Shown here: piece after piece, positions 19,854-30,465 of the stretch
How positions within the stretch are numbered: the stretch's first letter is position 1
Layout: the number at the start of each line of letters is the position of its first letter
From: an uncultured Rikenellaceae bacterium
Lineage (GTDB): Bacteria; Bacteroidota; Bacteroidia; Bacteroidales; VadinHA17
Reading direction: 5' to 3'
DNA: 64,000 nt
NCBI GenBank assembly: GCA_964599235.1
Contig: CAZRDX010000009.1
Location: 24,396 to 88,395, forward strand
Position numbers and translations under genes: made by a program
Notes under the pieces: generated by a model
Database searches by the model: none
Seen by the model: the letters and a program-made list of their open reading frames with translations, nothing else
What the model was told of the DNA's origin: nothing

Positions 19854-20873
19854 TCATCTTTCTTCCAGGAAAGGCCGGATGACCTCGGTCAGTTTTTCGG
19901 TCTCGACGAGGAAGCCGTCGTGGCCGTAGAGGGAATCGATCTCCCGGTAGGTGCCGTCCGCCACATGTTCGGCGAGGTATTTCTGCTCGTAGGTAGGGAA
20001 GAGCAGGTCACTGGAGATACCCACGGCCAGGACCTTGGCTTTCACTCTTTTCAGGGCGGCTTCCTTGCCTCCCCGGCCCCGTCCCACGTTGTGGGTGTCG
20101 GAGAGACGCAGCAGGTGGTAATAGGTATAGGCATCGAATCTCTTCACCAGCTTGTCACCCTGGTAGTTCTGATAGGAGATGGCGCGGAAGCCGCTAAGCT
20201 TGTTGTCGTCCTCGTCTTTCTGGGTTTTGTTGTAGATAGCGTCGTTGCGGTAGCTTAGGAGGGCGAAGGAGCGTGCGGCCCGCAGCCCCTTGCTGCCTCC
20301 TTCGGGGGTGTCGTCGTAGAAGGTGGCATCGGCCTCGATGGCCAGACGCATCGACTGGTTGAAGGCGATGCCCCAGGGAGCGTACCGGACGCTCGAGGCC
20401 AGGAAAGCCAGCTTCTCGATGAGGTCAGGGTACATGATGCTGTACTCCAGTGCCTGCTGCCCACCGATGGAGCCGCCGATGATCATCCTGATCCGGCGGA
20501 TGCCCAGATGACGCCGCACCAGCTCATGTCCCTCCACCACATCACGGAAGGTCATCAGGGGAAAGGAGCGGTACCACGGCCTGCCCGTCGCGGGGTTGAC
20601 CGAGAGCGGCCCTGTCGAGCCATAGCACGAGCCGAGGATATTGGCACAAACGATGAAGTACCTGTCCGTGTCCAGCAGACGGCCAGGGCCCACCATGCCC
20701 GGCCACCATTCGGCCACATCGGAGTTGGCCGTCAGGGCATGGCACACCCAGATGACGTTATCGCGACGCTCGTTGAGCGTGCCGTAGGTGTGGTAGGCGA
20801 TCTCCACCCCCGGCAGGGATCCTCCCGCCTCGAGCGGAAAGGGTTGATCATATTTGAGTCGTTGCAGGCCCAT
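19854..20873 (-). CDS. metX: homoserine O-acetyltransferase
   Basis: Alpha/beta-hydrolase MetX pattern NVIWVCHALTANSD and nucleophile elbow GGSIGG. It sits 7 nt downstream of metY. Confidence 0.9.
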   Translation of the reverse strand: MGLQRLKYDQPFPLEAGGSLPGVEIAYHTYGTLNERRDNVIWVCHALTANSDVAEWWPGMVGPGRLLDTDRYFIVCANILGSCYGSTGPLSVNPATGRPWYRSFPLMTFRDVVEGHELVRRHLGIRRIRMIIGGSIGGQQALEYSIMYPDLIEKLAFLASSVRYAPWGIAFNQSMRLAIEADATFYDDTPEGGSKGLRAARSFALLSYRNDAIYNKTQKDEDDNKLSGFRAISYQNYQGDKLVKRFDAYTYYHLLRLSDTHNVGRGRGGKEAALKRVKAKVLAVGISSDLLFPTYEQKYLAEHVADGTYREIDSLYGHDGFLVETEKLTEVIRPFLEER

Positions 20874-20880
20874 TTTTTTC

Positions 20881-22245
<1,365 letters not shown>

Positions 22246-22328
22246 TCAGCCACATGACGGCCCCATTCGCAAAGGATGAAAGGAGAAAGTCCCGGAAAAT
22301 GCCTGCTTTCATGATCACTGCGGTTCAA

Positions 22329-22431
22329 TTTATCATCTCCCGCACCGGCGGGATTAGGTTTTAGCACCTTCCCCTCTCCGGGGGGTTGCTAGAGGTTCAC
22401 AGAGCCTAATCTCTCCCCTCTTCTCAATAAA
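22329..22431 (-). promoter_or_regulatory. SAM-I (S-box) riboswitch in the metY-metX-metH-metF leader
   Basis: The minus-strand RNA reads UUUAUUGAGAAGAGGGGAGAGAUUAGGCUCUGUGAACCUCUAGCAACC...GGUGCUAAAACCUAAUCCCGCCGGUGCGGGAGAUGAUAAA. P1 is UUUAUU/GAUAAA. The P2 loop AUUAGG is complementary to J3/4 CCUAAU, forming the class-defining pseudoknot. GCAACC...GGUGCUAA forms P3, and P4 is CCCGC/GCGGG. Confidence 0.9.
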
Positions 22432-22472
22432 TCAAACACCCTTTTTCTCAAAAGAATATTTGAAGTGGACTG

Positions 22473-22504
22473 CAAATCTACCATCACGGGCCGAGAAATC
22501 CAAA
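22473..22504 (-). promoter_or_regulatory. candidate Bacteroidota promoter for the met operon (-33 TTTG / -7 TAGATTTG)
   Basis: On the minus strand: TTTG (22504-22501), a 20-nt spacer, then TAGATTTG (22480-22473). The promoter sits about 40 nt upstream of the riboswitch P1. Confidence 0.55.
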
Positions 22505-22589
22505 AAATAGCGGTGGATATGTATCTCTGCGACACTCCTTGGCGAGGGATATTTTCCTTACCTTTATGTAATATCTGAGAACAGGAGCG

Positions 22590-23756
22590 ATGGAGATCGT
22601 CATCACGGGCACACGGGGCATTCCTGCGCGGTACGGGGGGTTTGAGACCTTTGCCCAGGAGCTGGCGCTGCGGCTGAGGGCCAGGGGTCATGAGATGACC
22701 GTCCATGCTCCCCTCTTCCATCCGTACCGGGAGATTTCATGGCGGGGCATTCGCATCGTCCGCAAGCCGTGGCCCTCTTTTCCCGGGGGTGTGTTGTGGT
22801 ACGATCGTCTCTGTCTGGAGGATGCCTACCGTCGCCGCCCCGGGGTGATCCTCAACTGCGGGTACGGCAATGCGCTTTTCATCCGGCGGGATCATCCTGT
22901 TCCGGTGGTGACCCTCACCGACGGGCTGGAGTGGCAGCGTGCCGGATGGGGTTTCCTGGCACGCCGGTGGCTGCGCAGGATGGAGAGCGAGGCGGTGCGA
23001 CGCAGCCGTCTGCTGGTCTCCGACCACCCCGTGATCGCCCGCCATTTCAAGGAGCGGTACGGTGTGACAACGCCCGTGATCCCTTACGGGGCGACACCGG
23101 TCCCGCCACCGGAAGAAGGGAAGGACCCCGTCTCCTCTCTGCAGGAGTACCTGGAGAAAGCCGGCCGCCGTCTTCTCTCAGGGGATGTCCGTCTTCTGCG
23201 TCCCGGCAGCTATTTCCTGATGGTGGCCCGTTTCGTGGCCGAGAACAACCTGGAGATGATCCTGGAGGGTTTCCTCCGTTCGGTCAGACGGGATCCGTTG
23301 TTGCTGGTAGGGGATCCGGCGGGACGTTTCGGTCGTCGTCTTCTGCGGAGGTACGGCGGGACGGAGCGGTTCCTTTTTGCCGGCAGCCTCTACGATCCGC
23401 CGCTCCTCACCCTGTTGAGGCAGCATGCACGCGGCTGTTTCCACGGTCATTCAGCCGGCGGCACCAACCCCGCCCTGCTGGAGGCCATGGCCGCCGGATG
23501 CCTCATCGCCGCCCACGACAACCCCTTCAACCGCTATATCCTCCGGGAGAACGCAGCCTGGTTCTCTACGGCCGGCGAGGTGACCCGCCTCCTGAACGAA
23601 TGGGAAGAGCTCTCAAAGGAAAAGGAGAGTTTCGCCACAAACAACATCGAAAGGCTCCGGAAGGAATACGACTGGGAAAAGATCACCTCCCGCTACGAAA
23701 TGCTCTTTCTCCGTCTACGCAAAGCATCCGGAAACGAACGGTACAATGATTTGTAA
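22590..23756 (+). CDS. glycosyltransferase (DUF1972 N-terminal domain + GT-B family 1/4 C-terminal domain)
   Basis: N-terminus MEIVITGTRGIPARYGGFETFAQELALRLRARGHEMTV is typical of DUF1972 glycosyltransferases. The C-terminal GT-B region contains HGHSAGGTNPALLEAMA. Confidence 0.75.
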   Translation: MEIVITGTRGIPARYGGFETFAQELALRLRARGHEMTVHAPLFHPYREISWRGIRIVRKPWPSFPGGVLWYDRLCLEDAYRRRPGVILNCGYGNALFIRRDHPVPVVTLTDGLEWQRAGWGFLARRWLRRMESEAVRRSRLLVSDHPVIARHFKERYGVTTPVIPYGATPVPPPEEGKDPVSSLQEYLEKAGRRLLSGDVRLLRPGSYFLMVARFVAENNLEMILEGFLRSVRRDPLLLVGDPAGRFGRRLLRRYGGTERFLFAGSLYDPPLLTLLRQHARGCFHGHSAGGTNPALLEAMAAGCLIAAHDNPFNRYILRENAAWFSTAGEVTRLLNEWEELSKEKESFATNNIERLRKEYDWEKITSRYEMLFLRLRKASGNERYNDL

Positions 23757-23824
23757 AACTTTTGTACCTGATTTTTTATCTTCGTTTTTGTATTTATGTG
23801 TCACTCAACATATAAATAAAATAT

Positions 23825-23866
23825 ATCTACGTAGTAAACTACGTAGCAATCTACGTAGATTTTTTT
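23825..23866. terminator. bidirectional terminator-like element built from three CTACGTAG palindromes
   Basis: The sequence is atCTACGTAGtaaaCTACGTAGcaatCTACGTAGat followed by a T-run. The outer copies form a 10-bp stem (ATCTACGTAG/CTACGTAGAT). It lies between convergent genes ending at 23756 and 23890. Confidence 0.6.
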
Positions 23867-23889
23867 CTCGTCCGTTCGTTACGGGGAAA

Positions 23890-25539
23890 TCACCTGGAGG
23901 ACGGGATGAGGAAGTGGTCATCTTTTTTCGTTGCTATCTGTGCGTTGCCGGCCACATCGAACCCACAATGCGGGGCAGGTGGTGAGGCGACCGGCTGGCC
24001 GGCATGTTTCACCAGCACGATCCACTCATCCGGGGCTTCCTTGTCGATGGTCACCCGGCCGTCCCTGCAGAGGATCCTGACATCCTTGTATTCCCTGCCC
24101 TGTCCCAGCGGCATGTGAAAGACCTCTTCCCTGTCGGCGGGAGCATACAGCAGCAGCACCTTGTGTCCGGCGAGGGGCCGGTTCTCCGGACAGTCCTCTT
24201 CCGGATCCAGCGCGATCATGGCCCCGCCGCGGATGAACAGAGGACTCTCCTCCAACGGATATGTCCGGGTGATCCGTTCCCCTCCGGCATGTTCCTCGCC
24301 GCTCCACCAGTCATACCACGGACCTCCTTCCGGCAGGGTAAAAGATACCGGCATCGTATCTCCGGTGATGGCCTTGAAGAAGAGGTCGGGCCCCAAGAGA
24401 TGGCTCTCCTCCTCCATGGAGACCACCCGCATCCACGGCTCTCCACCCAGATGATCCTCCACGAGGGCACTGAAGAGGTAAGGTCGCAAGGCACGGTGCA
24501 TCATCACCAGACCCCGGTAGATGTCCACCGTCTCCTCATCATGGTACCACGGCAGGTGATGGGTAAAAGCCCCGTTGGCACCGCCGTTGTCCATCATGGC
24601 CACCATGGCCGCGAACTGCGCATAACGAATGAACTGCTCCTTGGTGGAACGCGCCCCATAGAAACCACCTATCTCACAGGCTATCGCCCCGTAGCCGGCT
24701 TTCACCGAGACGTAAATGTTGTTGATCTGTTTCTTCAGTCCTCTCCAGTTGCCCGAAAAATCACCACACCAGCCGACACCTCCTTTGTCCACAGGTGCGG
24801 CAAAACCGCCCTGATGGGAATAGGGCCTCGCCAGGATGATCCCTTCGGGATTCTTCCGGACGGTATAATCATACATGTGTCCGTAATAATATTTCTTGAA
24901 CTCCCTTTTGGGGATGGGGCCGATGTGGGTCATGACCGTGTCTCCGGGAAGCTGTTGTTCCCCCTGGTCGGTTTTCCATCCATAGATCCCCTTCACAAAG
25001 GCCTTGTCGAGCTGGCGGTCCCACCATGCGCAGGCTGCCGGGTTGGTGAAGTCGAGCTGCACACCGGTCCCCTTCCACCACCGGTAGGGTTCACCGTGGT
25101 TGACGGCATAACCTTTCTCGATCACCTCATCGTAGGTGGGAGCTTTCTGCACCGGCACATCCCTGCTCTCCTTGTTGATGTTCCCCGTCATCCACAAGAG
25201 GGTATGGACCCCCTTCCGCATGAAATACCGGAGCATCGAATCGGGCCGGGGATAACGGGCAGTATCCCAGTTGAAATCGTTATAGCTCATCTCCCAGGGC
25301 GAGTCGATGATGATCCCGTCCACCGGGATGCGGTGCTCCAGATATCCGGCGATCAGGTTTTGGGCGGCTTCCTGCGTGTTGATGCTGTCCTCCCAGACAA
25401 TGTGTCCCAGCGCCCAGTAAGGCACCAGCGGCGGGTTCTCCCCCTTCCCTTCACCGTCACGCTCAGCCCCCCCGCAGGCAGACAACAAAAGCATCACCCC
25501 AATGAACGACAAGAAAGGCAAAAAAGATCTCGTATTCAT
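23890..25539 (-). CDS. glycoside hydrolase family 31-like lipoprotein (alpha-glycosidase)
   Basis: ATG at 25539 gives the lipoprotein signal MNTRSFLPFLSFIGVMLLLSAC. GH31-like blocks include IPVDGIIIDSPWEMSYNDFNWDTARYP and GIYGWKTDQGE (putative nucleophile region). The family call is from motif resemblance only. Confidence 0.6.
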   Translation of the reverse strand: MNTRSFLPFLSFIGVMLLLSACGGAERDGEGKGENPPLVPYWALGHIVWEDSINTQEAAQNLIAGYLEHRIPVDGIIIDSPWEMSYNDFNWDTARYPRPDSMLRYFMRKGVHTLLWMTGNINKESRDVPVQKAPTYDEVIEKGYAVNHGEPYRWWKGTGVQLDFTNPAACAWWDRQLDKAFVKGIYGWKTDQGEQQLPGDTVMTHIGPIPKREFKKYYYGHMYDYTVRKNPEGIILARPYSHQGGFAAPVDKGGVGWCGDFSGNWRGLKKQINNIYVSVKAGYGAIACEIGGFYGARSTKEQFIRYAQFAAMVAMMDNGGANGAFTHHLPWYHDEETVDIYRGLVMMHRALRPYLFSALVEDHLGGEPWMRVVSMEEESHLLGPDLFFKAITGDTMPVSFTLPEGGPWYDWWSGEEHAGGERITRTYPLEESPLFIRGGAMIALDPEEDCPENRPLAGHKVLLLYAPADREEVFHMPLGQGREYKDVRILCRDGRVTIDKEAPDEWIVLVKHAGQPVASPPAPHCGFDVAGNAQIATKKDDHFLIPSSR

Positions 25540-25883
25540 CACTCTCGTTTTTGGTACACGGATTCCGAAAAACCGCCTGAAAATAATAAAACAAAAAGAG
25601 AAAGGAAAGAACCCCCGGAGAAACAAAAACCCCTGGTCCTTTGGTGGTATCTTCCCATCATCGGAGCAAAGACCGTCACGACACACGTCCATGGTCGTGA
25701 GCACAGGCAGGAGGACATGAAGATCTTTTCGTCCGAACCTCCGGATCACCTCCAGGCAATAACATATTCTTTTTTCCTGTGATCAGCAACCCTGGGATAC
25801 CATGACTGGGAGATGACGGTTGGTCCCGGCGGAGGGTTTCATGTTTCCCAAAAAGTTTTCTCTGTTCTTTCCGCAATCTGTGG

Positions 25884-28784
25884 TCATTTGTTGACCAGGA
25901 CAAAGGCGCCCCAGAAGAAAGGTGCGGGATAAGCCTCACGTATTTTCCTCTGGGCCAGGACGAAAGCCTCTTGTTTGTCTTTCCCTTGCAGCCAGAAATT
26001 ATAGAAGAGGGTCATCAGCTTCTGGGTGACCACGTCGCTCACCTGCCACAGGGAGATCATCACCGAGGAGGCGCCGGCCAGCTGGAAGGAGCGTTGCAGG
26101 CCATAGACTCCTTCGCCGTTCTGTACTTCGCCCAGTCCCGTTTCGCAGGCGCTCAGCACCACCATGGCCGTGCCGGTGAGGTCCATCATCGAGGCCTCGT
26201 AGGCATTGAGGATGCCGTCGTCCTTCTCGCCCGTGGCCAGGGAGTCCAGTCCCTGGATCGTCCTGTCGGCGCCGGTGAAGAGCAGGCCCGACCGTAGGAG
26301 CGGGTTGGTCAGGGCCCGCTGGGGCGAGATGCCGAAGATGCGATCCTCCGCAGGCGGCACATCGGGCAGGAAATATCCGTGAGTGGCCAGATGCAGCACG
26401 CCGGGGCGCCGCACCCCGCGCACCCGGGCCTCCGTAGCTTCCTTCTGCAGATAAAGGGTCGTTTTCCATCCACGGGCAGCAAGGATGCCTGCCACATCCT
26501 TCACCTCCTTCTCCGTGCCGGGCAGGGGCGGCAAAGGCATCTCCTTCATCCGGTCCCAGTCGAAACCCAGATCATACTGCGGGTTGCCCACCAGCACCGC
26601 CGTACGGGTGACTTCCCCTCCCTCTCCTCCTTTCAGGGAAAGAAGATCCCTGAGGTTGGTCAGATAGTACACATCATGACGGTCGATGACGAACGAGCCG
26701 TCGTCGTACTGCAACGTCGCCACATTGATGAAGTTGTAGACCCCGTCGGGAGAGATATAGACACTTTTATGCCCGTCCAGTTTCTTCTCGACAGGATCCC
26801 AGAACATACGGGCAAAAGGCACCTGTTCCCTGGCCTGTTGCATGGCCTGGCGGTATCCGGCGATACCATTGCTTTCCAGGGTGTTCCCGTCGGGGACCTC
26901 CACGAGCAGCGGTGCCGGACGATCCCGCGTGACCACCATGGCCACATACCTGACCAGCGTATCGCGCCGGTAATGATGGTACATGGTGAGTCGTACCATC
27001 TCCACCGCCGCTTCTTCAGGCCCCAGCACCCGGGCTATACGCTCATACTCTGCACGTGGCTTTTCGCGGGAAGCGCCGAACAGACCGGATTTCGCCGCCA
27101 GCTCTTTCTCCAGGCCCTCCACCACCGCCTCGAGCGAGTCGACCCGGATGCCCTGGCTGCGTATCTCCTCTTTGGTCATGGAATAGACCGTGGCCAGGTA
27201 TTGCTTGTTGTCGAGCCACTGCTTGTACAGCTCCCGCAGCGCGGGGTCGTCCCCCGTGAGGATACGCCGGCGCAGCCTGCTGGAGGTGTTGAGCAGCAAA
27301 GCCTTCGTCGCCATGCGATAATCGAAGAAGGCGCGGGCCACCTCTTCGTTCGCCGAAGCTTCCAGCGCAAAACTGAAAAACCGCTCAAAACGGGGGGCGA
27401 TGGTCTGCCAGAAACGGGCCTGACCATATTCGCTCAAAGCGGGGAAATAGCGGTCGATCTGGGCGATGTATTCATCCAGCACCTCCTTGTACCTGCGAAA
27501 AGCTTTTTCCGGGTGGCCTTCCTCCCACTCCAGTACGGCCATGGCTTCCTCCAGGTCGGCCTGACGGGGATGATGCTCGGGAAGGGTCTCACGCAGGACG
27601 CTGAGCGCCTGTTCCAGTTCGGGGCGGGCCTGTTCCGGCTGTTCCATGAAGAGATGGAACCGTCCCAGGTCGGCCATGGCTCCCGCCCAGGCGGGATGAT
27701 CTGGGCCGAAACGCTTCCTGTAGATGGCCAGAGCCTGTTGCAGCAGAGGCTCCACCTTGTCGTAACGGCCGTTGGCCAGGTAGAGCCCGGCCAGGTTCTG
27801 CAGCATCACCGCATAGTCGGGATGACGGGTCCCCAGTCTTCTTTTCTTGACGGCCATGGCCTCGAGAAAGATCTTCTCCGCCTCTTCCTTCCGGCCCTGC
27901 AGTTCATAGAGCATGGCCAGGTTGACCTTCATCCTGACATAGTTGGGCGATTTTTCCCGGAGGCTGCGGGCCGCGATATCGAGTGCGCGGAGGAACATTT
28001 TCTCCGCCTTGTCGTACCTGCCCAGCTGCTGGTTGAGCACGGCCAGGTTGTTGAGGATCACCGCATAGGCCGTGGAGGAGGTGCCCAGCGAGGAGGCGGT
28101 GAGGGTGAGCGCCCGCTGCAGATAACGGTCGGACTCGCCATAACGCGCCATCTCCTTGTAGAGGACCCCCAGGTTGTTGCAGGAAGCTCCCAGCGGGGCG
28201 GGATCGTTCAGGGAAGAACGCAGTTCATAAGCCTCCCTGTTCAGCTTCTCCGCCTCGGCATAACGGCCCGTCGTCTGCATCAGGAGCGCCAGGTTGCTCA
28301 GCACCAAAGCATACTTCTCGCTTCCCTCCTCGCCTCTTTGCCTGAGGAGAAGCAGGGCCGTGAGAAAAGCGTTCCTGGCCCCCTGGTAATGTCCCGTGGC
28401 ATAGAGCAGCTCGCCGGTGCGGTTGTAATCATCCGGGTCGAGCTCCGAGAGACGGGCCTCCAGCTTCTCGTCCAGCGTGCCGGGACGGGCCGCAAAACCG
28501 ATGATCGAACGCTTGTAGGTCTCAAACCTGTCTTCCGCCTCAAAGAGACCGGAGTTGTCGCTGAAAGAGACGGCATAGTTGAGCTCGGTGGGATCATATG
28601 ATTCGCTCCACCGTACGATACGTGCCCGCAATGAATCTTCCAGCACCTTCGCACTCTTCTTCGCCAGCACCACCGCCTCTTTTTTGGCCTGTTTCAGGAG
28701 CTGTTGCTTGATGGATTTCCATTGTCCGTACTGCGGGGGTACGAACAACCCTACGAAGAACAGGCTCAGGAAGAGTTTTCTCAT
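25884..28784 (-). CDS. secreted TPR-repeat + CHAT-domain protein (caspase-like peptidase fold)
   Basis: Signal peptide MRKLFLSLFFVGLFVPPQYG. About 8-9 TPR-like units (NLA.LY...GRY.EAE.L...AL pattern). The C-terminal CHAT domain carries the His/Cys dyad contexts VLHLATHGYF and VVLSACETG. Its ATG overlaps the symporter stop codon (ATGA). Confidence 0.85.
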   Translation of the reverse strand: MRKLFLSLFFVGLFVPPQYGQWKSIKQQLLKQAKKEAVVLAKKSAKVLEDSLRARIVRWSESYDPTELNYAVSFSDNSGLFEAEDRFETYKRSIIGFAARPGTLDEKLEARLSELDPDDYNRTGELLYATGHYQGARNAFLTALLLLRQRGEEGSEKYALVLSNLALLMQTTGRYAEAEKLNREAYELRSSLNDPAPLGASCNNLGVLYKEMARYGESDRYLQRALTLTASSLGTSSTAYAVILNNLAVLNQQLGRYDKAEKMFLRALDIAARSLREKSPNYVRMKVNLAMLYELQGRKEEAEKIFLEAMAVKKRRLGTRHPDYAVMLQNLAGLYLANGRYDKVEPLLQQALAIYRKRFGPDHPAWAGAMADLGRFHLFMEQPEQARPELEQALSVLRETLPEHHPRQADLEEAMAVLEWEEGHPEKAFRRYKEVLDEYIAQIDRYFPALSEYGQARFWQTIAPRFERFFSFALEASANEEVARAFFDYRMATKALLLNTSSRLRRRILTGDDPALRELYKQWLDNKQYLATVYSMTKEEIRSQGIRVDSLEAVVEGLEKELAAKSGLFGASREKPRAEYERIARVLGPEEAAVEMVRLTMYHHYRRDTLVRYVAMVVTRDRPAPLLVEVPDGNTLESNGIAGYRQAMQQAREQVPFARMFWDPVEKKLDGHKSVYISPDGVYNFINVATLQYDDGSFVIDRHDVYYLTNLRDLLSLKGGEGGEVTRTAVLVGNPQYDLGFDWDRMKEMPLPPLPGTEKEVKDVAGILAARGWKTTLYLQKEATEARVRGVRRPGVLHLATHGYFLPDVPPAEDRIFGISPQRALTNPLLRSGLLFTGADRTIQGLDSLATGEKDDGILNAYEASMMDLTGTAMVVLSACETGLGEVQNGEGVYGLQRSFQLAGASSVMISLWQVSDVVTQKLMTLFYNFWLQGKDKQEAFVLAQRKIREAYPAPFFWGAFVLVNK

Positions 28785-30232
28785 GACGAGGGAATAGGTT
28801 GGGTTTCATGCTGTTTCTTTTGCGTAAGCAAGCTCCCGGCCACGACGGCCAGGAGGGCCAGGACGAACGAGGTGAAGCGCACCGAGACAGCCTGGTCGAG
28901 CACGGTGATCTCCGACCATATGATGGTGACCGCCGTGCCGGTGATCATGCCGGCCAGGACGCCCTGCCAGGTGGTCTTGCGCCATTTGAGCAGCAGCAGC
29001 AGCGCCGGCCCGAAAGAGGCCCCCAGCCCCGACCAGGCATAAGAGACCAGACCGAAGACCAGCTTGGTGGAGGTGACAGCAATCACAAAAGCGAACAACC
29101 CCACCACCACGGTGATCAGCCGGCTGAGAAAGAGCATCCTGTTCCCCGACAGTTCTTTCCGGAAGGTGTGATGGTAGAGGTCCTCGATCACCGAGGAGGT
29201 GATCACCAGCAACTGGCTGTCGGCGGTGGACATCATGGCGGCGATGGCGCCCGAGATGAAGATGCCGGCCAGCCAGGCGGGGAGGAAATCGTTGGCCAGG
29301 GCCGGCATCACCTGTTCCACGTCGCTGAAATGACCCTCGCCGTACATGGCCAGCCCCACCAGCCCGATGACAAAGGCGCCGGTGAAGGCCGGGATGGCCC
29401 AGGCGATGGCGATGCGCCGGCTGATGCGGATCTTCTCGCTGTCACGGATCGCCATGAAACGGGTAAGCAGATGAGGCTGGCCCATGTACCCGAAAAACCA
29501 GCTCAACCCGCCGATGACCACGCTCACGGCCGCCAGCCCCGTGGCCCCGCCCGTCAGGCTGGCATAATGGGGGCCGGCCTGGTGGACCGCCTCACGCAAC
29601 GAATGACCCGTCGCCGACACCTCCGCCAACCCCACGATCGGTAACACCACCAGCGTGCCGATCATGATGATGCCCTGGATGAAATCGGTCCAGGCCACCG
29701 CAAAGAACCCCCCCATCATAGTATAAAAGATGATCACCACCGCCCCGAGGACGATACCCCAGAACTGAGGTATGCCGAAGGTGACATACAGCACCTTGCC
29801 GGCCCCGTTGAACTGGGCGGCCAGATAAAAAGTGAAGAAAAAGATGATGATGACGGAGGAGACAAGGCGGATAAGATGGCCTCCCCGACCCAGTCGCTCG
29901 GAAAAGAAATGGGGGAGGGTAATGGCATCGTACTGCTCCGACTGCTCCCGCAGATCACGGGCGATGACGAACCAGTAAAAGACGATCCCCAGCACGCACC
30001 CCAGAGCGGTCCATACATGCAGGAAGCCGGCGGCCAGGGCCGCCCCCGGCAAGCCCACCAGCAGCCACGCCGACTCGCCCGAAGCCCGCTCGGAAAAAGC
30101 CACCACCCACGGGTTCAGACGCCGTCCCGCCAGGAAAAAATCTTGATGCGACTTGTTGGAACGATAGGTCAGAAAACCTACCAGCAACACCAGCAACAGA
30201 TAGATAATGAACCCCAGTAATGTGAAATTCAT
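28781..30232 (-). CDS. sodium:solute symporter family transporter (PutP/PanF-like)
   Basis: 483 aa with about 13 hydrophobic segments. N-terminus ...DFFLAGRRLNPWVVAFSERASGESAWLLVGLPG is typical of the SSF family. The substrate cannot be read from the sequence. Confidence 0.8.
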   Translation of the reverse strand: MNFTLLGFIIYLLLVLLVGFLTYRSNKSHQDFFLAGRRLNPWVVAFSERASGESAWLLVGLPGAALAAGFLHVWTALGCVLGIVFYWFVIARDLREQSEQYDAITLPHFFSERLGRGGHLIRLVSSVIIIFFFTFYLAAQFNGAGKVLYVTFGIPQFWGIVLGAVVIIFYTMMGGFFAVAWTDFIQGIIMIGTLVVLPIVGLAEVSATGHSLREAVHQAGPHYASLTGGATGLAAVSVVIGGLSWFFGYMGQPHLLTRFMAIRDSEKIRISRRIAIAWAIPAFTGAFVIGLVGLAMYGEGHFSDVEQVMPALANDFLPAWLAGIFISGAIAAMMSTADSQLLVITSSVIEDLYHHTFRKELSGNRMLFLSRLITVVVGLFAFVIAVTSTKLVFGLVSYAWSGLGASFGPALLLLLKWRKTTWQGVLAGMITGTAVTIIWSEITVLDQAVSVRFTSFVLALLAVVAGSLLTQKKQHETQPIPSS

Positions 30233-30285
30233 GATCCCCGTTTTTTTCAGGTTCCGGAAAAGACCTTTAAAAATAAGAAAAAAGC

Positions 30286-30316
30286 AGAGGGGACCGTTGC
30301 CGGTCCCCTCTTTTTG
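30286..30316. terminator. strong GC hairpin flanked by T-runs on both strands, in the symporter 5' leader region
   Basis: Perfect 11-bp stem AGAGGGGACCG/CGGTCCCCTCT with loop TTGC. It is followed by TTTTT on the plus strand and GCTTTTTTCTTATTTTT on the minus strand. It lies about 55 nt upstream of the symporter ATG. Confidence 0.5.
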
Positions 30317-30457
30317 TTAACCTACCCATAAACCCCGCGAAAAAACCTACTGCTTCGTTCTTAAGACGAAAAAGTCCTTTTTTTGTTTCACCGGCAGGGA
30401 ATTTTCTTTCTTCTTTTTTCACGCTCACACAAACAACCGTTCCGCTGCATATTTTTT

Positions 30458-30465
30458 TAACTTTG
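30458..30465 (+). promoter_or_regulatory. candidate -7 box (TAACTTTG) for gldA
   Basis: Exact TAnnTTTG match 23 nt upstream of the ATG at 30488. Confidence 0.4.

Noticed and set aside
24004-28601. Antisense ORFs 24004-25782 (592 aa) and 26379-28601 (740 aa) opposite the GH31-like and TPR-CHAT genes.
   Set aside because: These are shadow ORFs. Their composition is dominated by Arg, Pro, Gly, His and Leu, they have no motifs, and the sense-strand proteins have signal peptides and clear domain signatures.
25884-28784. The TPR-CHAT protein was considered as a CRISPR type III-E Craspase-like or other defence-associated CHAT protease.
   Set aside because: The window contains no CRISPR array, cas genes or defence-type neighbours. 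The protein has an N-terminal secretion signal, and its coupled partner is a solute symporter.
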